Positions 1 through 9,257 of a stretch of DNA of 64,000 nt are shown piece by piece; the stretch's first letter is position 1, and the number at the start of each line of letters is the position of its first letter. The translations under genes were made by a program, and so were the position numbers. The notes beneath the pieces were generated by a model. It was given only the letters and a program-made list of their open reading frames with translations. It did no database searches and had not been told where the DNA came from. The DNA is taken from positions 1,948-65,947 of the forward strand of contig JANXCT010000005.1 in NCBI GenBank assembly GCA_025059875.1. Direction: 5' to 3'. This DNA comes from Candidatus Kapaibacterium sp. GTDB taxonomy: Bacteria; Bacteroidota; Ignavibacteria; Kapaibacteriales; HRBIN21.

Positions 1-2956
1 GGGACGATGACTTTCCCGCCTGATTCGCTAATAACAGCGGCGATCAATTCGGAAGCAATATTTGGCCACACCACCTTCCACAGGGCAAAGGTGTAGTCGC
101 CAACGTCAAACATAGAATAAAACGGACCTGTTTCCACAATGTGACCGTTTTTGTCTTTACGGGTAAAGTAGCGCTTGAAAGCTGCTCGTTCGCGCAAGGT
201 GTTCTCGAAACGCTTGAGGTAGCCGTAGGTGCGCGGATAGCGAGTTTGCAACTCCTCTTCATCTATGCCCCCCGCTTGACGGGGTCTTGCACCATCCGAA
301 TCCACGCTGAAGGTTCCGCCCGCCAGCGTTGCACATCGCGCCCGCGCAGGAGTGGATAGAGCAAGTCCGGCTCAATCGGCTCGGTCACGTCGTTCACCTT
401 AATCTTGGCGCCTTCGGTCAGGTTGCGCACCACCACCAGACCATCGGGACGCCTCAGCACCAGCTCCACCCAGTAGACCGCGTTCGCCCCGCCAGTATAG
501 GCGCCGGCATGCGCTTCGTAATCGGATTTGCCCAAGATTTTGCGCACGGCGCGCAGCGCCTTGGGGCGTGCGGTGAGCCACGGGGAGGTTGGGTCGTGTG
601 GGTCAACGGGTTCGGCGACGGAGTGGAGTCTCTGCGTGGCGTCGGTGACTTCTTCCAGAGTGCTGTCGTAGGCGAAGCGAGCGCCTTTGACTCTGCGCCA
701 AACTGTGTATGGGACGGGGTAGGTTGTGGCCTTGCCTTTCTCCAGCACGACGATCGCCGTGCGGTTCGATGCGCCTTCAAACGGCTGCAACGAAACCATG
801 TCGTCAACGTGGATGACACCCGGCATGAGGGCGCCAGAGTTCTCTGGGATTTGGAAGCGCCGAAACCCTTGGCCCGCTCCCGAGGTCTTGAAGACCGACT
901 GCGTAATGATGAAGCCCAACTTCCCGCCGTCTTTCAGCAGCATGTCGCAAACGATGTAGGTCATGAGCATCGAGATGTCTTTCTTGCCCTTGCCCAAAAT
1001 GGTGTCCATACCCTCATGCGCGAAAAGCCCGTAGCGTTGCCAGAGGTGCTTGACGCTGTCCCGATACTTGTCGGGCAAATGCTCCCAGTTGATCCACGGG
1101 GGATTGCCGACGATGTAGTCGAACTGCCCGACGGTGAGCGGGGCGAAGTTGTTCTTGAGCAGCCTCGCCCAAAGCCCGTCCATGCCGTTGCGGTGGAGAT
1201 CGAGGATTCTCTCGTAGAGGTCGCGCACACCGTTTGGCTCTCTCTGTCTGACAGCGTGAGTCCGAGACGCACCTCCACCTGCTTGAGGAAAGCGTCGGAG
1301 CTGAGTCCGCTTCGGACGCTCTCTTCCAGCAGGTCACAGAACCGGTCGAAGCGCCCTTTGGTGCAGAGAGCAGCGGGCACGAGGAAATCGCCAACGGCCG
1401 TCAGGAACTCGTAGTTGCCCGCCGTCAGCAGAGTTTCGCCCAGCGCCGGCGTTCGGACTGAATCGGCGAGGTAGACGGGGATGGTGATGTCGCCTCTGCG
1501 GTACTCGAGCAGATCGGAGATTGCCAGCAGGTAGTTGACCCTTGCAGTGATGACCGCCAACGGATTGATGTCGAAGCCGACGACGTTGTTCAGGATGGCG
1601 TTGAGTAGCTCCGCTTCGTTGACTATCAAATCGCGCCCCAGTCTCTTCATTTGGGCGATGATGAGCACGAGGAAGGTGCCAGAACCGCAAGCGGGGTCGA
1701 GCCAACGCAAGCTCAGCAGCTTCTGCTGCAGTCGGTGTTCGTGTTGGCTTGGATTGGCAGTGAAGAACTCGCTGTCCATCTGGTTGAGCAGCCTTTGGGC
1801 GAGCCAATCGGGCGTGTAGTATTCGCCCAGGTTGTGGCGAATCTCGCGGGGCAGGAGGTAGTGGTAGAGCAGCTTGAAGAGGTCGGCTCTCCTCAGGGAC
1901 GATGGCGAGGGTTAACGGGTCGTATTCGTCCAACCGCTGGAGGAGCTGGCGGATGGCCTCTTCGATTCGGTCGTTCCAAGCGTAGAGGTACCAGGCGAAG
2001 AAGTCGCCTTCGAGCAGATTGGTGATTCCGTAGTGGCGGAAGATGCCTCCCGACTCCATCTCCGCAAGCCGACAGCGCAGGGTTTCGCTGTCGGCGGTGA
2101 CCAATGCTCCAAAGGACGGGGCGCCCAGCTTGACGGCGAGGTGGCGCGATAGCGCGAGCCAAGCAATGAACTTGACCAGCAAGGCGAAAAAGGTGTGGAG
2201 GCAGAAGAAGAACTGTTCGGCGTCAACGGAGGCCAATCCTGCTCTGCGGGCAAACTGCTGGAGTGCATCCAGCTTGCGACCCCCGAAGGCCTCCGAGTAG
2301 TCAATGGACTGGCTGAAGAACAGTTGCCACTGCTTGAACAGGTTCTCGACCATCCTGTTGCCTTGCTCGAGGGAATTCCCAAGCCCCTCCACGAGCGCTC
2401 GCAGGATGGTTTGGGTTCGCGGATGCTGGATGTTGAAGTCCCGGTTGAGGTTTTCGGCCGTCAAAGCGATTCCCGATGCAAGGCTGGCGAGCCATCTTAG
2501 GAAGCGCTCCAGCGAGCTTTGGGTGGCGGGTGTCGGCGCCTCAACGATGAAGTCGCCTTCACGGTAGCGGACGAACACCAGGTAGTGCCCGTCGAAAGCA
2601 ACGCCGGCAATGCGGTTGATGTGTTGCTTCTGTCTCTTCGCCAAGCCCGTGATGTAGTCTTTGACCTGCTTGACGGAGCGTTCCGTTGCACTGTGGGACA
2701 GGCTGCTGGACAGCGTGCCCGGGCGCTCGTACTCGATGACGAAGCGATTGAAGACGGCATCCGCCCTGCCGGTAGCGAGTGTGAGCTCTGCGCGCGCAAG
2801 GGGAGTAAGCCCAGCTTCCTGGCAGAAGTCGTCGAGCAGCCGGTCTATGGGCTGACGAAACTCTGCCTCGTTAGGCTTGCGCGGGAGCAGCCTCCTCAGC
2901 TCTTCCTGCAGGAGGCGTGCATACTTTGCGATGATGACCTGGTGGTTCTGGTGCAT
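1..2956 (-). pseudogene. Fused Type IIG-like nuclease-like / N6-adenine DNA methyltransferase / specificity-domain protein, disrupted by at least 3 frameshifts; 3' end runs off the window
   Basis: Minus-strand ORFs 2956-~1890, ~1900-~1235 and 1228-263, plus an unlisted frame 262-1, join into one protein. Motifs in order: GRADAVFNRFVIEYERPG (nuclease-like), ADLFKLLYHYLLPREIRHNLGEYYTPDWL, motif I LDPACGSGTFLV, motif IV IVGNPPW, LYPLLRGRDVQRW, then RYPRTYGYLKRFENTLRERAAFKRYF. Frame changes occur near 1885-1910, near 1228-1245 and at the C6 run 268-273. GGAGG lies upstream of the ATG at 2956. Confidence 0.8.
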
Positions 2957-2984
2957 CTTCCCCTCCCGGCGTTGGGCTGCACAG

Positions 2985-3979
2985 CTAAGGACGGCGAACC
3001 GCGTCGAGGATTACCCGCATCGAGGTGCGCTCGTGGATGTGCAGTAGGACGTGAGTGTGCAGCAGGGCCGCGTCCGCCTCGAACTTCGTGTGCTCTGCCT
3101 TGCAACGTCGTGTAGCTACGGTGCATCGCACAGGACGATGGGTGAGCTTGGCAGGCCCTAGTGTGCTCTCCCTTGTATTTCCCTGAGCGTTCGCCCACCT
3201 GCGTCCTTCCATTCAGTGCGGCCATTCGCACTGCGGCCAAGCACAACACCAGCGGCTGTGGGAACTCGTAGAAGTCGCCTCTATCGACGAGAGCACCTTG
3301 CTTGACCAGGGCAGCCCTTATCCGGCGCAAGTAAGCGTGGATTGAAGGTACTTCCTGCTTGACTGCTTCTGATCTGGCGCGCACCGTAAACCCCCTCGAT
3401 CCCGTCGGCGCCACGGGCTTCAGTGCCCTTGCTTTTGATGAACAGGTCCCCTTTGCCCTTCGGGTCCAGCCTGGGTTTCTCGAAGAAGTTGGCTCTCACT
3501 AACGGCAAGCAGAGGAGCACGTCCTGTAGGAAGGCCTCTGCGTCGGTCCGATCTGCTTCCGATAGGGAGGGCTCTTGGGGGACGTTACTGTTGTCCAGTT
3601 CTGCCCGCTTGGCTTCGGAGGCTAGGGCTACGAGCCTCGCCTCAATGTACTGAACGTGTGCCCTGTTGAGGTTGAAGTCCTTGCTTGTGAAGGCTGCCGC
3701 GTGCGTCCAAAAGTCCTTCTGGCACGTGTGCCGTTCTATTCGCTGAAGCACATTGTCCGCTTGACCTATGTAGACTCACGGCATTTCGCTCTCCTCGCTT
3801 GGCCCCCACAGGGTGTACACATCAGTTCGCCTGATTTCTTCTCGCTTCCTGGCTTCCGGCGGAGAGGCATGTGGGAAGATGACCCCCAACCCGCTCCAGT
3901 TGGATTTTTCGATGCTGCGGAGCCCCTCAGGTTCTCCAGAGGGGATGAAGATGTGGGAGAAGCCTTTGCCGCTGCTCAT
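2985..3979 (-). pseudogene. GIY-YIG nuclease with C-terminal DUF4357-like domain, disrupted by an in-frame TGA and at least 2 frameshifts
   Basis: ORF 3979-3776 (IFIPSGEPEGLRSIEKSNWSGLGVIFP...TDVYTLWG) stops at TGA 3776-3778. The same frame then continues as VYIGQADNVLQRIERHTCQKDFW (GIY-YIG core). The frame shifts at the C5 run 3391-3395 (GIEG|FTVRARSEA...DFYEFPQP...AALNGRT). It probably shifts again near 3195-3212 (WANAQGNT). Confidence 0.7.
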
Positions 3980-4275
3980 AGCCCTTGCTCTTGTACTCCT
4001 ACTTCGCGTGAATTCAGCTTAGAGTTGGCCTACGGAGCCACATCCGTTATGATGTAGGGCAGCGAGGGAGTTGTGGGGAATCTATGTACGCTCTATGGCT
4101 TGCCCTTGCCCTTCAGGTCCTACTTCTCCGGCTCTCCGTCGAGTGGGGCTTCATAGGCTCGCTGATTTCGATAGCCTGCGGGCCTTTGGCTAGGTGCTTG
4201 CTGGGTGGGGGAGCGGATGGGTAGCAGCGGCTTTTTTATTTTGCGTTAGGATGGGATTGCAACGGAGGTTGGTCA

Positions 4276-5610
4276 ATGTGGCGCTGGTGCGGAGTCTGGG
4301 CAGGGGCAATCCTTCCAGTTGTGGCGCAAACATGGTTCCCGGTTGCAGGCGTAGAGCCTTTCGTGCATCGCATCCTGTGCCCGCCGGAGGACCCGCGCAC
4401 GGTGATCGTATGTGCGGACTCCTTCCCTCCGGTTGCGGAGGTGTGGCGGAGCAACATTCAGTTCTTCGGCGGCCATGGTTTTCGGGTCAGCACCGACAGC
4501 GGGCGGACGTTCGGAGAGGCGCGGCTGGTGGGGTTCTCCGTGCGTGATATCCTGCCATTGCCGGAGGCATCTCGGACATGGCTTGCTGCGGTAGCAGAGG
4601 TGGCCACGGGTGGTGTCGTCATCTCGTCGGATGCCGGGCGGACGTGGCAGTGGACGGAGAATCCACGGTGTGGGGCCTTCGTGGAGCGGCTCGCCGTGCG
4701 GTGGGGGAGGAATCCCGTCTTCTTTGCGGCTGTTCTCAACACGAACCAAGGCTGCCGTGTCTCCCGCGATACCTTTGCAACGTGTACAGGGGACCTCTCG
4801 TTTCCAGTGCAGGCACGGGATATCGCGGTTCGGGGGGATACAGTGTACTTGGCTGCCGATGGGTATTTGGCCGGGGGCGTCTGGCGCTCTACCGATGATG
4901 GACGGACATGGCAGAAAGACTCCGTGGGTTTAGGGGAACTGCGGATTTGGTGCGTTGTCCCTTCCCGGCATCAGCCGGGAGTGCTGCTATGTGGGGCTGA
5001 TTCATTGATCAGCGCAACACAGAGCGTCGGACGCGGGATTTATCGGTCAGAGGATGGGGGAAAGACATGGCGTCTGGTGGGTGCACCAGGGGTGCGGGTT
5101 ATGGCCATTGCCGAACATCCGTTGGACCCGCGCTACTGGGTGGCGGCAGGTGACACAACGGGTGTTTGGGTCAGCGGCTCCTACGGCACGGCGTGGGAGC
5201 TGCATTCCGATGGGCTACCGCCAGGCATCCCTGTCCGGACGGTCGCCTTACCAGCGTGGCCGACCACCGAAGGGGTGGTGGCGTTTGCAGGGCTGAGTGG
5301 GGGTGGGCTCTACCGTTCTCGTCCAATCGTAACATCGGTCACCTCACCGGCTTCGGTCCAATCCGAAATCACCGTGCTTCGAGTAACTCCGAACTCGCTG
5401 ACGATCTCTTACTCCTTCCCTGAAGGTGACACCGTGTGGTGGGAAATCGTGGACGTGCTCGGTAGGAGGGTTGCGCGATCCTCGGCTCGGTGGATGACTG
5501 TAGGTCAGGAAACGTGGGAGCTTCCCGTGTCGCTACCGCCTGGGTGGTATGCCCTCCACGGAGTCGGCAGGCGCTATATGCAGGCAGTACCGTTTGTGGT
5601 AGTGCCGTAG
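4276..5610 (+). CDS. Secreted BNR/Asp-box repeat protein with T9SS-type C-terminal sorting domain
   Basis: 444-aa ORF with GGAGG 7 nt upstream of the ATG and a hydrophobic N-terminus. SxDxGxTW-type repeats: STDSGRTF, SSDAGRTWQW, STDDGRTWQK, SEDGGKTWRL. The C-terminal ~80 aa (VTPNSLTISYSF...EIVDVLGRRV...GWYAL...) resembles a T9SS CTD. Confidence 0.75.
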   Translation: MWRWCGVWAGAILPVVAQTWFPVAGVEPFVHRILCPPEDPRTVIVCADSFPPVAEVWRSNIQFFGGHGFRVSTDSGRTFGEARLVGFSVRDILPLPEASRTWLAAVAEVATGGVVISSDAGRTWQWTENPRCGAFVERLAVRWGRNPVFFAAVLNTNQGCRVSRDTFATCTGDLSFPVQARDIAVRGDTVYLAADGYLAGGVWRSTDDGRTWQKDSVGLGELRIWCVVPSRHQPGVLLCGADSLISATQSVGRGIYRSEDGGKTWRLVGAPGVRVMAIAEHPLDPRYWVAAGDTTGVWVSGSYGTAWELHSDGLPPGIPVRTVALPAWPTTEGVVAFAGLSGGGLYRSRPIVTSVTSPASVQSEITVLRVTPNSLTISYSFPEGDTVWWEIVDVLGRRVARSSARWMTVGQETWELPVSLPPGWYALHGVGRRYMQAVPFVVVP

Positions 5611-5672
5611 GCAGGGCAATTTGTGGGCCTTGGGCCCGAGAATATGTATCACCTGCCGGAGTAGAGTGAGCC

Positions 5673-6362
5673 ATGACTGAGCTGACGACCCCTTCGCAGC
5701 CAGCAGTGCCATCCGAGCCAACGGCTCCAACCCTTCCGGAAGTGCTGACCTTCGGTGACCTTTTGTCGCACTCCTTCCGATGGGGCTTCGGGCAGTACTT
5801 CCGCATCTTGCTCGCATTGCTCCTATGGGTGCTGACGTTGTGGATCCCATACGTCAATGTAGGGACGACGATTGCCCTCACCGTAGGCATCCCACTGTTG
5901 TTGAGCCGTCAAGAACGGATCGATCCAACCATCATCTTCGACCGGCGCTACCGAGACGCAATGGCGGACTGGCTCCTCTTGGTGGTGCTGTTGATCTTTG
6001 GAATCATTGCGGGGCTGCTGTTCTTTGTCATCCCAGGGCTTGTGCTGACGGTAGGCTGGGTGTTGGCACCATTGCTCCTTGTGGACAGAGGCAGTACTCC
6101 TACGGAGGCCTTGCGTCTGAGCTGGAGAGTGACGCTAGGAGAGAAGTGGACACTCTTCTTCGGGCGCTTGGCGGTCCAACTGCTCTGCTTCATTCCAGCA
6201 GCTATCATTGGGGCCATACTGGTTGCAGTGCTACCGGAGGGTGAGGTGATCACCGACGTTGTGCTCGGAATCTACGGGGTGCTAGCTTATGCAGGGCTAG
6301 TCGCTGTCGATCTCGGCTACTTGGGCTACGCTTACGCTGTTTTAGGCAAGCGCTCAGAGTAG
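5673..6362 (+). CDS. Hypothetical polytopic membrane protein
   Basis: 229-aa ORF with a Pro/Thr-rich N-terminus followed by several long hydrophobic segments. No family recognised with confidence. Confidence 0.6.
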   Translation: MTELTTPSQPAVPSEPTAPTLPEVLTFGDLLSHSFRWGFGQYFRILLALLLWVLTLWIPYVNVGTTIALTVGIPLLLSRQERIDPTIIFDRRYRDAMADWLLLVVLLIFGIIAGLLFFVIPGLVLTVGWVLAPLLLVDRGSTPTEALRLSWRVTLGEKWTLFFGRLAVQLLCFIPAAIIGAILVAVLPEGEVITDVVLGIYGVLAYAGLVAVDLGYLGYAYAVLGKRSE

Positions 6363-6422
6363 CTGCTCTGCTGGACACGTGTACCTCGTTGGGTCCTGCT
6401 GGGGCGGGGGAGCGTTTTTTCT

Positions 6423-6430
6423 TAATTTTG
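6423..6430 (+). promoter_or_regulatory. Candidate Bacteroidetes-type -7 promoter box TAATTTTG upstream of glgA
   Basis: Exact TAnnTTTG match 46 nt upstream of the glgA ATG, in an AT-enriched intergenic stretch. Confidence 0.4.
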
Positions 6431-6476
6431 CAAAAACTTTGCGAGCACTGCCGAACCGCTTACGTAGGCGAGCTGG

Positions 6477-7985
6477 ATGGCACGACCAATTAGCGTTCTT
6501 TTCGTCTCATCTGAAGTGTACCCGTTTGCCAAGACAGGGGGGCTCGCTGACGTCTCCTACGGCCTGGTGATGGCCCTGCGCGAGCAGGGGGTTGATGTCC
6601 GGGTGATGTTCCCAAAGTACGGCTGCGTCAGCGAGCGAAAGAACCATATCCATGAGATTCGCCGCCTGCGCTTGATGGAGATCCCGATGGGAGACCGTCG
6701 GGAGCCTGTTTCCATCAAGTCCTCTACGCTCCAGAATCCGAGGGTACGCGTGCAGGTGTACGTCACGACCAACTACCACTACTTCGACAGCCGCAAAGGG
6801 TTCTACGCTGACCCGCAGACGGGCAAACCCTATCCAGACAACGACGAGCGCTTCCTCTTCTTCTGCCGCTCGGTAGTGGAGATGTGCCGTTTCCTGCGGT
6901 GGTTTCCTGACATTATCCATGCGAACGACTGGCAGACGGCGCCACTGGGAGCCTACCTGCGGGCTCTCTACCCCAACGAGTTCCGACGCACACGCTTTGT
7001 CTTTACCCTCCACTCCCTTGCTGACCAGGGCATCTTCCCACCAGAGACGCTGCAGAAGACCGGGTTACCGAGCGAGTACTACGAGCGCCTGCTCCATCGG
7101 GGTATGGTCAACTTCGTGAAAGCGGGGATCGAGTTTGCCGATGTCGTCACGACGGTGAGCCCGACGTATGCCCAGGAGATCCTCTCTGGTGCGGTGGATG
7201 CCAATGGCTTGGATGAAGTACTGCGGAGTCGGCATGCGGAGACCTTCGTGGGCATCCTCAACGGAGTGGACTCGACGATTTGGAATCCGCAGACGGACCC
7301 CTACTTGGATAACCACTACGATGCTAACTCTGTGTGGCAGGTGAAGCCGCTGAATAAGCGGCTGTTGCTGGAGCGGATGGAGCTGCGGTATGACCCCAAA
7401 GTACCCGTCATCGGCATCATCTCGCGACTCCATCCGGTCAAGGGAATCGAGCTGCTGCTGGAAGTAGCTCCGACGTTGCTCTCCCGCCGCGATGTCCAAA
7501 TGGTCTTCTTGGGGGACGGACTGCCAGAGTACCGAGCAGCACTGCAGAAGCTGCAGCGGCAGTTCCCGCGCCGCTTCGCCCTACGCTTGGGGTTTGATGA
7601 ACCTCTGGCGCATTTGATCGAGGCTGGTGCTGACATGCTCCTCATGCCGTCTCTACAGGAGCCATGTGGCCAGAACCAGATGTACTCTATGCTGTACGGC
7701 ACAGTCCCGATCGTGCGGGCTACCGGAGGATTGCGCGACACTGTACAGGACTTCAATCCTGCAACAGGGGAGGGGACGGGGATTGTCTTTGAGGAACCGA
7801 CTGCGGAGGCCCTCCTGGCAGCTATTGAGCGGGCACTGCAGCTCTATCGACAGCCGGAGCTGTGGCAGCGACTTGTTGCAAATGGTATGGCGCAGGACTT
7901 CTCCTGGCGGCGGTCTGCACAGGCGTACGTCGCTCTCTACCGTTCACTGCTCAAGAGCAAAGAGCCGGCGCGGATAGCTGCGTGA
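6477..7985 (+). CDS. glgA: Glycogen synthase (ADP-glucose type)
   Basis: 502 aa. N-terminal signature VSSEVYPFAKTGGLADV. Length and C-terminal region (MPSLQEPCGQNQMYSMLYGTVPIV) are typical of GlgA. Confidence 0.9.
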   Translation: MARPISVLFVSSEVYPFAKTGGLADVSYGLVMALREQGVDVRVMFPKYGCVSERKNHIHEIRRLRLMEIPMGDRREPVSIKSSTLQNPRVRVQVYVTTNYHYFDSRKGFYADPQTGKPYPDNDERFLFFCRSVVEMCRFLRWFPDIIHANDWQTAPLGAYLRALYPNEFRRTRFVFTLHSLADQGIFPPETLQKTGLPSEYYERLLHRGMVNFVKAGIEFADVVTTVSPTYAQEILSGAVDANGLDEVLRSRHAETFVGILNGVDSTIWNPQTDPYLDNHYDANSVWQVKPLNKRLLLERMELRYDPKVPVIGIISRLHPVKGIELLLEVAPTLLSRRDVQMVFLGDGLPEYRAALQKLQRQFPRRFALRLGFDEPLAHLIEAGADMLLMPSLQEPCGQNQMYSMLYGTVPIVRATGGLRDTVQDFNPATGEGTGIVFEEPTAEALLAAIERALQLYRQPELWQRLVANGMAQDFSWRRSAQAYVALYRSLLKSKEPARIAA

Positions 7986-7995
7986 GTGGGCGATT

Positions 7996-9246
7996 GTGCT
8001 ACCTCCGTCTCCTATCAGCACCACCGCGGAAAGCATGCACCGTACAGCACAGCAAGCTCTGTGGGAACGCATCCGGCGGCTCTTGCAGCGGGAAGGGATC
8101 AACGCATGGCTACTCCACGACTTTCGGGGAGCTAACCGTTTCGCGATACAGCTCTTGGGTCTCCCTACGACGTTCTACGCGACCCGCCGATGGGCGGTCC
8201 TCGTTCCGGCTCGTGGGACTCCGCAGAAAGCCGTCCACGCTATCGAGTCCCACGTTCTGCGCGACGTGGAGGCCGAGGAGCGGCTCTACAAGACGCATCA
8301 GGACTGGCAGGGAATCTTGGCCGAGTGGTGTCGGCGGTATCCGCGGCTGGCCGTTGAGTACTCGCCATACGGCGAGCTACCGGTGGTGTCTATCCTTGAT
8401 GCCGGAACGGCTGAACTCCTACGACGGTTTGGTGCAGAGCTCGTCAGCTCAGCCGACCTCCTCCAGGAGCTCGTTGCTGTCTACTCTCCTGAGGAGCTGG
8501 AGCAACAGGCCAGGACAGCCCAGGTGCTCTACGAGATTGTCCAGGATGCATTCGCGTGGGTGCGCGACCACTTACGGCAGGGCGTGCACCCCCAGGAGTA
8601 CGCTGTTCAGCAGTGGCTTCTGGAACAATTAACGGCTCGTGGACTCCAGACGGACCATCCCCCAATTGTTGCCCGTACGGAGCGGGCAGCGAACCCACAT
8701 TACAGTCCTACAGCCTCCGATACGGCTCCAATCCGAGTCGGGGACCTGCTGCTCATCGATCTCTGGGCTCGTCCTTCACATCCTTCGGCACTGTACGCTG
8801 ACATCACGTGGATGGCGTATGCCGGTGAGGAAGTCCCCGAAAGGTTCGTCGAAGCGTTTGCTGTGTTGGCTCGGGCACGAGATGGCGCCATTGAGCTCAT
8901 CCGTAATGCTGTGGAGCATGAGCGGCCCCTTGCTGGTTACGAAGTGGACCGCCATGTTCGCTCTATCCTCTCGGCTGCTGGCTATGGTGAGAACTTCCTA
9001 CATCGCACCGGACATAGCTTGGGCACAGAAGTCCACGGTCCCGGGGCGAACTTAGACGACTACGAGACCCATGATACCCGACACCTCCTGCACGGGAGTG
9101 TCGTCACCGTAGAGCCTGGCATCTACTGTCCTGGAGAATTTGGGATGCGGACGGAGGTCAACGTTCAGCTTCGGCACGGAGGACAAGTCGTCGTCTGCCC
9201 ACAGCCTGTTCAGCAGGCCATAGTTCCGCTATTGAGTCCTCACTAA
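7996..9246 (+). CDS. M24 family metallopeptidase (Xaa-Pro aminopeptidase-like)
   Basis: HRTGHSLGTEVHGPG ... VVTVEPGIY ... GMRTEVNV metal-ligand motifs. The listed start at 7996 is GTG; the ATG at 8035 (MHRTAQQALWERI) is an equally plausible start. Confidence 0.8.
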   Translation: MLPPSPISTTAESMHRTAQQALWERIRRLLQREGINAWLLHDFRGANRFAIQLLGLPTTFYATRRWAVLVPARGTPQKAVHAIESHVLRDVEAEERLYKTHQDWQGILAEWCRRYPRLAVEYSPYGELPVVSILDAGTAELLRRFGAELVSSADLLQELVAVYSPEELEQQARTAQVLYEIVQDAFAWVRDHLRQGVHPQEYAVQQWLLEQLTARGLQTDHPPIVARTERAANPHYSPTASDTAPIRVGDLLLIDLWARPSHPSALYADITWMAYAGEEVPERFVEAFAVLARARDGAIELIRNAVEHERPLAGYEVDRHVRSILSAAGYGENFLHRTGHSLGTEVHGPGANLDDYETHDTRHLLHGSVVTVEPGIYCPGEFGMRTEVNVQLRHGGQVVVCPQPVQQAIVPLLSPH

Positions 9247-9257
9247 GCGAGGCTGCA

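Noticed and set aside
329-1414. 361-aa plus-strand ORF
   Set aside because: It lies antisense to clearly recognisable methyltransferase motifs on the minus strand. Its Arg/Gly/His/Val-rich composition is typical of shadow ORFs in GC-rich DNA, and it has no motifs.
3776-3778. In-frame TGA in the GIY-YIG gene as selenocysteine or programmed readthrough
   Set aside because: It falls in a non-redox nuclease core where homologues have an ordinary residue. The same gene also carries frameshifts, so a nonsense mutation is the simpler reading.
4223-4245. GC-rich segment followed by TTTTTTATTTTG as an intrinsic terminator
   Set aside because: Only a ~4-bp stem with a large loop can be drawn, and no plus-strand gene ends upstream. 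It is more likely part of the AT-rich promoter region of the BNR gene, as a near match to TAnnTTTG.
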